The notes beneath the pieces were generated by a model. It worked only from the letters and a program-made list of their open reading frames with translations, ran no database searches and had not been told where the DNA came from. Below are positions 47,097-54,705 of a stretch of DNA of 54,705 nt, piece after piece. The DNA lies in contig JANMJY010000063.1 of assembly GCA_031371615.1 (NCBI GenBank), positions 1 through 54,705 on the forward strand, written 5' to 3'. A program made the position numbers and the translations under genes. The first letter of the stretch is position 1. Every line of letters starts with the position of its first letter. The DNA is from Actinomycetes bacterium. GTDB lineage: Bacteria > Actinomycetota > Thermoleophilia > Gaiellales > Gaiellaceae.

Positions 47097-47195
47097 GTGT
47101 TGCCGTCGACCGTACTCCGGAGCCCACGCTGCCTTGGTGGCGCCACTGCATCCCCCTCCGGGTCGATTGGCATTCTCCTGATTCTCCCCCTCTAG
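47097..47195 (+). CDS. Candidate leaderless ilv leader peptide (32 aa, MLPSTVLRSPRCLGGATASPSGSIGILLILPL)
   Basis: GTG at the predicted TSS. Seven of the last nine codons are Ile/Leu, and all three Ile codons are ATT. The stop TAG lies inside the hairpin at 47184-47201. Located upstream of the ilvBNC operon. Confidence 0.45.
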   Translation: MLPSTVLRSPRCLGGATASPSGSIGILLILPL

Positions 47196-47201
47196 GGGGA
47201 G
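47184..47201 (+). promoter_or_regulatory. Inverted repeat CTCCCCCT-ct-AGGGGGAG overlapping the end of the leader ORF
   Basis: 8-nt complementary arms read directly from the sequence. As RNA this gives a 7-bp G-C stem with a 4-nt loop. Confidence 0.5.
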
Positions 47202-47381
47202 CTTGCGACCACGCGCTGCAAGGCGCACACGCCTACATCGGACGCCACAGGTCCGTCCGCGACCAGCGGGCGAGTCAAGGAGGAAGCACGTTTTGAGCTC
47301 TCGCACGATCACAAGCTTCGACACCGCGCATCGAGACAGCGGCAGGTGCAGCCACGGGCTCCTGCAGGAGGTGATGGTGCC

Positions 47382-48293
47382 GTGACCGCGTACTCGGTTG
47401 CATGTCTAGCGGGCGACGGGATCGGGCCTGAGGTGATGGCCCAAGCGAGCCGCGGCCTCCGGGCGGCTGGACGGCTCCACGGCTTCGAGCTCGAGGAGCA
47501 GCACGTCCCCTTCGGCGCCGACGCGACGATGCGTGTCGGGCACCCGTTCCCGCTCGCGACCCGGAACACCGCCCTCGCGGCGGATGCGATTCTCGCCGCG
47601 ACGATCGACCAGACCCTCCTCCAGGAGCTCGAGAGCGAGCTCGACCTGCGGGCTGCGGTCATGCGCGTCCGGTTGCAGGGGGCGTCCGTCACGTTCGTCG
47701 CGCCGGTCAGCTCTGACGCCTGGGAGTGGACGCTCGACCGCGCGATCGCCACCGCGCGCGCGAGCCGCGGGCACCTCACATTCGTCGGCAGCGAAGACGG
47801 CTGGGCGGCGGATGCCTCGGTGGCCGGCCGGGACAATTGCCTCGGCGTCACCCATCTCTCCACGCGCAGCGCGATTCGGGCGCTCGCTTCGACTCCGGAG
47901 GTCTTCGACGTCGTCCTCTCCGCCCAGCCGTTGCTCGTTCCGATGGCCGAGCTCGCGTGGTGCCTCGATCCCCGGCGCCTGCTCGCGTGGGGTCGGCTGG
48001 CAGGGGAGGGACCTGGCATTTTCGGGCCGAGCCACGGCAACGCGGTCGACATCGCCGGCCAGGGGGTCGCGGATCCGAGCTCGATGCTGCTCGCGGCCGC
48101 GCTGATGCTCGGCGAAGGGCTCGGCGAGCGGGGTGCGGCGGCGACGCTCTCCTCGGCGGTCTCGTACGTGCGCGGCAGCGACACCCAGCGCAGGGCCAGT
48201 ACCGTGTCGATGAGCAGCGAGTTGACAGACGCGGTGCTCGCTCGGCTGCCGCAGTCCCACTCCAACGCCGAGTTCTTCACGGAGGCCGTCTAG
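47382..48293 (+). CDS. Isopropylmalate/isocitrate-dehydrogenase-family protein, shortened and apparently catalytically degenerate
   Basis: SD AGGAGG (47366-47371) lies 10 nt before GTG 47382. VACLAGDGIGPEV and GPSHGNAVDIAGQGVADPSSMLLAAALML match LeuB, but the central catalytic motifs are not recognisable. 303 aa. Confidence 0.75.
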   Translation: MTAYSVACLAGDGIGPEVMAQASRGLRAAGRLHGFELEEQHVPFGADATMRVGHPFPLATRNTALAADAILAATIDQTLLQELESELDLRAAVMRVRLQGASVTFVAPVSSDAWEWTLDRAIATARASRGHLTFVGSEDGWAADASVAGRDNCLGVTHLSTRSAIRALASTPEVFDVVLSAQPLLVPMAELAWCLDPRRLLAWGRLAGEGPGIFGPSHGNAVDIAGQGVADPSSMLLAAALMLGEGLGERGAAATLSSAVSYVRGSDTQRRASTVSMSSELTDAVLARLPQSHSNAEFFTEAV

Positions 48294-50033
48294 ATGCGCA
48301 TGAATGGAGCCGATGCCCTACTCCGATCGCTCGAAGCGGAAGGCGTCGACACGGTCTTCGGCATCCCGGGCGGCGCGATCCTGCCGACCTACGACGCGCT
48401 CGCGCGCGGCACCACGATCCGCCACGTCCTCGCCCGCCACGAGCAGGGCGCCGGCCACATGGCGCAGGGCTTCTCTCGGGCATCCGGCCGCGTCGGAGTT
48501 GCCTTCGCCACCTCCGGACCGGGGGCGACGAACCTCGTGACGCCGATCGCCGACGCGTGGATGGACTCGACCCCGCTGGTCTGCGTGACGGGTCAGGTGC
48601 GGACGAGCCTGATCGGCACCGACGCCTTCCAGGAGTGCGACATCACCGGGATCACGATCCCGATCGTCAAGCACTCGTGGCTCGTCCAGGACGTGGACGA
48701 GTTGCCGCACGCGATCAAGGCCGCCTTCCACGTCGCCAGCACGGGGCGCTGCGGGCCGGTGCTCGTCGACATCCCGCGCGACATCCAGGAGGCGGAGATC
48801 GACTTCGCCTACCCGGATGAGGTCGACCTGCCGGGTTGGCGGCCGGCCGCGAGCGTCAACGCGAAGCAGGTGCGAACGGCGGCGCAGGCGATTGCCGCCG
48901 CCCAGCGGCCGGTGCTCTACGTCGGCGGCGGAGCGCTGAACGCAGATGCGTGCGAGGAGCTGCGTCACCTGGCCGAGCTGTGGCAGCTCCCGGTCGTGAC
49001 GACGCTGATGGCGAAGAGCTCGTTCCCCGAGACGCACGAGCTGCACTTCGGCTGGCCGGGCATGCACGGCGCCAAGTGGTCGAACTGGGCGATGAACAAG
49101 TGCGACGTGCTCGTGGCGGTCGGCGCGCGCTTCGACGACCGCGTCACGGGCAAGCTCTCCGCGTTCGCGCCGGGCGCGTCGGTCGTCCATCTCGACGTCG
49201 ACGCCGCCGAGATCGGGAAGCTCCGGCACGCCGACATCCCGGTCGTTGGGCCGCTGAAGCAGATCCTCACCGAGCTCGCGAAGGCTTTCGACGCGCTGAA
49301 GGCAGAGGGTGTCGGCTCGCAGACCCGCCCCTGGCTCGCCCAGCTCGCCGCCTGGCGCGAGGAGTTCCCGCTCCGCTACGGGGACGATGGCGACCTGCTC
49401 AAGCCGCAGCGCGTGCTCGAGTCCCTGCAGTCGCTGACCGCCGGCCGCGACGACATGATCTGGACGACCGGCGTCGGGCAGCACCAGATGTGGGCGATGC
49501 AGTACCTGCTCTGCGACCGCCCGCGGAGCTTCATCACGTCGGGCGGGCTCGGCACGATGGGTTACGGGGTCCCCGCCGCGGTCGGCGCGAAGGCCGCGCG
49601 CCCGGACGCGACCGTCGTCTGCGTCGACGGAGACGGCTGCTTCCAGATGACCTGCCAGGAGCTCGCGACCTCGGTTACGGAGGACCTGCCGATCGTCGTC
49701 GTGATCGTGAACAACGGCTACCTGGGCATGGTCCGCCAGTGGCAGGACATGTTCTTCGAGGAGCGGTTCTCGCAAGTCCGCCTCGACGAGGGGTCGCCGG
49801 ACTACGTGAAGCTGGCGGAGGCGTACGGAGCCGTCGGACTGCGCGTCGACACCGAGGACGAGCTCGCGCCGGCGCTCACGGAGGCAATCGGCTGCGGCCG
49901 CACGGCGGTCGTCGACTGCCGCGTCGATCCGGCCGAGCACTGCTTCCCGATGATCCCGGCGGGTGCAGCCGCGCTCGACCTCGTCGAGTACGGCGAGCAC
50001 TCCGTCGCCGGCGGGGCGGTGCCGGTCCCGTGA
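48294..50033 (+). CDS. ilvB: Acetolactate synthase large subunit
   Basis: GADALLRSLEAEGVDTVFGIPGG, TSGPGATNL, GGLGTMGYGVPAAVGA, DGDGCFQM. Confidence 0.95.
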   Translation: MRMNGADALLRSLEAEGVDTVFGIPGGAILPTYDALARGTTIRHVLARHEQGAGHMAQGFSRASGRVGVAFATSGPGATNLVTPIADAWMDSTPLVCVTGQVRTSLIGTDAFQECDITGITIPIVKHSWLVQDVDELPHAIKAAFHVASTGRCGPVLVDIPRDIQEAEIDFAYPDEVDLPGWRPAASVNAKQVRTAAQAIAAAQRPVLYVGGGALNADACEELRHLAELWQLPVVTTLMAKSSFPETHELHFGWPGMHGAKWSNWAMNKCDVLVAVGARFDDRVTGKLSAFAPGASVVHLDVDAAEIGKLRHADIPVVGPLKQILTELAKAFDALKAEGVGSQTRPWLAQLAAWREEFPLRYGDDGDLLKPQRVLESLQSLTAGRDDMIWTTGVGQHQMWAMQYLLCDRPRSFITSGGLGTMGYGVPAAVGAKAARPDATVVCVDGDGCFQMTCQELATSVTEDLPIVVVIVNNGYLGMVRQWQDMFFEERFSQVRLDEGSPDYVKLAEAYGAVGLRVDTEDELAPALTEAIGCGRTAVVDCRVDPAEHCFPMIPAGAAALDLVEYGEHSVAGGAVPVP

Positions 50034-50542
50034 TCCACACGGTGTCGGTGCTCGTCGAGGACAGGCCGGGAGCGCTGATGCGCATCTCGAGCATGTTCGC
50101 GCGGCGCGGCTACAACATCGAGAGCCTGGCCGTCGGGCCGACCGAGCGCCAGAACGTCTCGCGAATCGTGCTCCGCGTCGACTGCGAGCAGCACTCGCTG
50201 GAGCAGATCGAGAAGCAGATGCACAAGCTCGTGAACGTCCTGCGCGTGAGCGAGCTCGAGCCCGGTCAGGCGGTCGAACGCGAGCTTGCGCTGATCACGG
50301 TCGCCGCCGCGCCGTCCGCGCGTGCGGAGCTCCTGTCGCTGGCGGAGGTGCTCGGCGTGCGTGTGGCCGACGTCGGCCCGAACGCGATCGTGTTCGAGGT
50401 CGTCGGCGCGCCGGAGCAGATCGATACGTTCGAGGAGCTCGTCCGTCCGCACGGGATCAAGGAGCTTGCACGTACGGGCAGAATCGGCCTGACGCGCGCC
50501 TCGGTCGGGCGTTCGGAATTTAAGCAACTCGCCCATAACTAG
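50030..50542 (+). CDS. ilvN: Acetolactate synthase small (regulatory) subunit
   Basis: GTGA overlap with ilv[38 protein letters not shown] domain. Confidence 0.9.
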   Translation: MIHTVSVLVEDRPGALMRISSMFARRGYNIESLAVGPTERQNVSRIVLRVDCEQHSLEQIEKQMHKLVNVLRVSELEPGQAVERELALITVAAAPSARAELLSLAEVLGVRVADVGPNAIVFEVVGAPEQIDTFEELVRPHGIKELARTGRIGLTRASVGRSEFKQLAHN

Positions 50543-50558
50543 CGAAAGGGAGCCGACA

Positions 50559-51552
<994 letters not shown>

Positions 51553-51563
<11 letters not shown>

Positions 51564-52839
51564 CGTCCCGGTCGCCCTGCTGGGATACGGGACGGTCGGC
51601 TGCGCAGTAGCGCGGCTCCTCGCCGACAGCGCAGACGACATCGAGCGCGCGACCGGGCACCGGCTCCGGCTCGTGCGCGCGCTCGTTCGGGACGCCGGGA
51701 AGGAGCGTGAGTTCCAGCCGGACGACGGTGTGCTGACGACGGACTTCGCCGCGATCCGCGACGACCCGTCGATCGGGGTCGTGGCCGAGGTGATGGGCGG
51801 CCTCGAGCCGACCGGCGACCATGTCCTGGAGTTGCTGTGCGCGGGGAAGCCGGTCGTGACCGCCAACAAGCAGCTGCTCGCGCGTCGCAGCACCGAGCTC
51901 TTCGCGGCAGCGGCCGAAGCGGGTGTGCAGCTCCGCTTCGAGGCGTCGGTCTGCGCCGCGATCCCGGTGATCAAGGTGCTGCGCGAGTCCCTCGTCGTCA
52001 CGAACGTCCATCGCGTGCTCGGGATCGTCAACGGAACGACGAACTTCATCCTCACGCGCATGGAGGGCGGCGCGGGCTACGAGGAGGCGCTCGCCGAGGC
52101 GCAACGGCTCGGTTACGCGGAAGCGGATCCCACGGAAGACGTCTCCGGAGCCGACGCTGCGGCGAAGATGGCGATCCTCGCGAGCGTCGCGTTCGGCTCG
52201 CGGGTCGAGCTCGGCGACGTCTCCTACGAAGGCATCGAGCGGATCCGGCCGGAGCACGTGGAGGCCGCGCGGTCGCTCGACGCCGTCGTACGGCTCGTCG
52301 GCACGGCAACGCTTGTCGACGGGGCAGTCGACGTCCGCGTCGGTCCCGCGCTTGTCGGCCGTCACCACCCGCTCGCGTCGGTCGAGGGCCCGTTCAACGC
52401 GGTGATGCTGCATGGGGACGCGATCCGCGAGATCATGCTCGAAGGCCCTGGCGCCGGCGGACTCGAGACGGCGTCGGCGGTCGTGGCGGACATGGTGAGC
52501 GTGCTCGGGACAACAGGAACCGGCTTCCTTCAGGGCGACGCCTGCTGGCGCTCGCTGCCGACGCTGCCCCCTGGCGAGCTGCCGGCGCCGTTCTACGTCA
52601 GGATCGCTGTCGACGACCGGCCCGGCGTGCTCGCGCACATCGCGGAGCGGTTCGCCGAGGAGGGAGTCTCGATCGCGCAGCTGTCGCAGCAGGTGCAGAA
52701 CGGCAGCGCAGCGCTCGACGTCGTCACGCACACAGCGCCGTCCGGGCGGGTTGCGGCTGCGCTCGACGCGATCGCGGCACTTCCCGAGGTGCACGCCCGC
52801 CCCGAGGCGCTTCGTGTCGTCACCGAGCGCGGCGTCTGA
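51553..52839 (+). CDS. hom: Homoserine dehydrogenase
   Basis: [41 protein letters not shown], and a C-terminal ACT domain. Overlaps ilvC by 11 nt. Confidence 0.9.
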
Positions 52840-52840
52840 G

Positions 52841-53692
52841 ATGAGCGTCAGCCTCGGCGTGGGGTCGACCCCGCTTCTTGCGGTGCCGCGCCTGTCCGAA
52901 CGACTCGGAGTCGAGCTCTGGGTCAAGTGGGAGGGCTCGAACCCGACCGGATCGTTCAAGGACCGCGGCATGGCGGTCGCCGTCTCCCGCGCGCTCGAGC
53001 GTGGTGCACCCGGCGTCGTCTGCGCGTCGACCGGGAACACGGCTGCGTCGGCGGCCGCCTACGCAGCTCGCGCGGGACTGCGCGTCGTTGTCGTGACGGT
53101 CCACGGGAGCGTCGCGCGCGGGAAGGTGATGCAGGCTCGCGCGGTGGGCGTCGAGCTCCGCGAGATCGACGGCACGTTCAACGACGCGCACCTCGAGGCG
53201 AGGCGGCTCGCCGAGACGGAAGGGCTCGTCAACGTGAACTCGATCAATCCCGACCGCATCGAAGGCCAGTCCTCTGCGGCGCGTGAGGTTGTCGAGCAGC
53301 TGGGCGGCCTCCCGGACGTGCTCGCGCTGCCCTACGGCGGCGGCGGCAACACTGTCAGCTACGCGAAGGGATTCGGCGAGACGCTGCCGCGCTTCATCCT
53401 GGGCGAGGCGGCCCAGCGGCGCGAGACGTTCGCGACCGCGATCCGCATAGCCGAGCCCGTGCACCAGACCGAGGTCGACGACGTGCTCGAGCGCTCCGGG
53501 GGGCAGATCGTCGCGCTATCGGAGCAGCAGCTCGAGGGGGCCTGGCGCTCGCTCGCGCGCGAGGAGGGCATCTTCTGCGAGCCCGCCAGCGCCGCCGGCA
53601 TCGCCGCGGTCGAAGCCGTCGGGCTGTGCGACGTGCGGGTCGTCTGCGTCGTCACGGGCCACGGCCTGAAGGACCCCGACGCGGTCGGATGA
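52841..53692 (+). CDS. thrC: Threonine synthase (short form, 283 aa)
   Basis: STPLL...WVKWEGSNPTGSFKDRGM, CASTGNTAASAAAYAA, NSINPDRIEGQ, TGHGLKDP. Confidence 0.85.
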   Translation: MSVSLGVGSTPLLAVPRLSERLGVELWVKWEGSNPTGSFKDRGMAVAVSRALERGAPGVVCASTGNTAASAAAYAARAGLRVVVVTVHGSVARGKVMQARAVGVELREIDGTFNDAHLEARRLAETEGLVNVNSINPDRIEGQSSAAREVVEQLGGLPDVLALPYGGGGNTVSYAKGFGETLPRFILGEAAQRRETFATAIRIAEPVHQTEVDDVLERSGGQIVALSEQQLEGAWRSLAREEGIFCEPASAAGIAAVEAVGLCDVRVVCVVTGHGLKDPDAVG

Positions 53693-54504
53693 CCGTCCGC
53701 GTTCGCGCTCCGGCCACGACCGCCAACCTCGGCCCCGGCTTCGACTGCGCGGGCGCCGCGCTCGAGCTCTGGAACGAGCTCGAGGTCTCCCCGAGCGACG
53801 GCCCCGTCGATCGCGGCCATCTGGGCGTGCGCGCATTCGAGCTCCTCACCCCGGCGGACGGCTGGAGCTTCGCCTTCACGGACAACATCCCGCAGGCCCG
53901 CGGGCTCGGCTCCAGCGCCTCCGTGATCGCGCTCGGGCTCGTCGCCGCTGCGATCGTGGGAAAGCTGGAGCCCACGGCCGACGAGCTGCTCGCGCTCGGG
54001 GTCGAGCTGGAAGGGCACGGCGACAATCTCGCCGCCGCGCTCGTCGGTGGCGTGTGCCTGACGTGGGGGACGCGGATCGCCCGGATCGCCGACACGACGC
54101 CCGCCACGCCGGTCGCGGTCATCCCGGCTGCACGCGGCCTGACCGCGGAGTCGCGAGCCGCGCTGCCAAAGACCGTGCCGCACGTCGACGCCGCCTTTTC
54201 CGCCGGGCGGGCGGCGCTGCTCGGCGCCGCGATCGCGAGCCGGTCGGCCGATCTCTTCGAGGCGGCGCTCGCAGACCGCCTGCACGAGCCGTATCGGGCA
54301 GAGTCCTCGCCGCTTCTTGGAGTGATTCGCGACACCCTTCCTGCAGCTGCGCTCGGCGCGACCCTCTCCGGCGCCGGACCGACGGTGATCGTCTGGGCGC
54401 GCCTCGGCCAGGAGTCCGCGTGTGTGCACGAGCTTCGATCCCGCTTCCCGAACGAGCACGTCCTCCCATTGACGATCTCCCAGACAGGAGCCGGCCCGAC
54501 ATGA
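53689..54504 (+). CDS. thrB: Homoserine kinase
   Basis: ATGA overlap with thrC. VRAPATTANLGPGFD, and the GHMP motif PQARGLGSSAS. Confidence 0.9.
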   Translation: MTVRVRAPATTANLGPGFDCAGAALELWNELEVSPSDGPVDRGHLGVRAFELLTPADGWSFAFTDNIPQARGLGSSASVIALGLVAAAIVGKLEPTADELLALGVELEGHGDNLAAALVGGVCLTWGTRIARIADTTPATPVAVIPAARGLTAESRAALPKTVPHVDAAFSAGRAALLGAAIASRSADLFEAALADRLHEPYRAESSPLLGVIRDTLPAAALGATLSGAGPTVIVWARLGQESACVHELRSRFPNEHVLPLTISQTGAGPT

Positions 54505-54705
54505 GCGAGAACCCGTACGACCGTCCCTCCGATCCGGCCAAGCGCCACAGCGCGGCCCTGACCGACGGGGCCGACCGCGCGCCGGCGCGCGCGATGCTGA
54601 AGGGCACCGGCTTCACCGACGAGGACCTCGCACGGCCGCTGGTCGGCGTCGCGACGAGCTGGATCGAGACGATGCCGTGCAACCTCAACCAGCGCGCGCT
54701 CGCCC
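54501..54705 (+). CDS. ilvD: Dihydroxy-acid dehydratase, N-terminal fragment (3' end outside window)
   Basis: ATGA overlap with thrB. The frame is open to the window end. RAPARAMLKGTGFTDEDLARPLVGVATSWIETMPCNLN is the IlvD N-terminal pattern. It is absent from the ORF track because no stop codon is reached. Confidence 0.85.
   Translation, partial: MSENPYDRPSDPAKRHSAALTDGADRAPARAMLKGTGFTDEDLARPLVGVATSWIETMPCNLNQRALA

Noticed and set aside
47091-47270. T-box riboswitch upstream of the ilv operon (as in the Bacillus ilv-leu operon)
   Set aside because: CTTGGTGGCGCCACTGC only loosely resembles the GGUGGUACCGCG T-box core. I found no specifier-loop or K-turn layout and no U-tailed terminator. A leader-peptide mechanism fits the sequence better.

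Overview
High-GC (about 70%) chromosomal segment of actinobacterial type, with strong GC3 bias, many GTG/TTG starts and frequent 4-nt ATGA/GTGA start-stop overlaps. It is almost wall-to-wall coding and mostly core metabolism. Left to right: GNAT fragment; MarP-like CvpA-protease; YitJ-like homocysteine methyltransferase/MTHFR; SDR; DppA peptidase; ABC-2 exporter; bicupin. Then a Liv-type branched-chain amino-acid importer, a class-V PLP enzyme, a PNPOx-like protein, an SGNH-DDAH-ankyrin operon, dinB and a class-A beta-lactamase-like hydrolase. Next come a CHASE-PAS-GAF-GGDEF(degenerate)-HD-GYP sensor, an XRE-cupin regulator, lon, HxlR, and a STAS / Hanks kinase / SBP-vWA / LuxR-STAND cluster. 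After that: pyk with a divergent DAP-decarboxylase-like / Zn-ribbon unknown / Cys-less AsnB-like cassette, then a ChbG - lyxose isomerase - small membrane protein operon. The right part holds a complete his operon (yerC-like, hisG, hisD, fused hisC-hisB, hisH, hisF, hisIE) with hisA split off divergently. It is followed by a MoaD-like sulfur carrier plus ThrC-like enzyme, a second HxlR, and a long operon: LeuB-like, ilvB, ilvN, ilvC, hom, thrC, thrB, ilvD (3' truncated). I found no rRNA, tRNA, CRISPR array, transposase or integrase. Most long reverse-strand or out-of-frame ORFs in the track are Arg/Pro/Gly-rich shadow ORFs typical of high-GC DNA. The most interesting signals are: (1) a TrpR-operator-like CTAG-N4-CTAG palindrome filling the 22-bp spacer between the TrpR/YerC-like gene heading the his operon and hisA; (2) a candidate leaderless Ile/Leu-rich leader peptide whose stop codon sits in a hairpin upstream of the ilv operon; (3) a catalytically degenerate LeuB paralogue as first gene of that operon; (4) an in-frame hisC-hisB fusion; (5) the decarboxylase / Zn-ribbon unknown / Cys-less AsnB cassette; (6) the STAND-vWA-kinase-STAS cluster; (7) genome-architecture oddities, namely 9 to 22 bp divergent spacers and CTAG stop-stop overlaps. 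All functional calls rest on motif recognition by eye. No database search was run.
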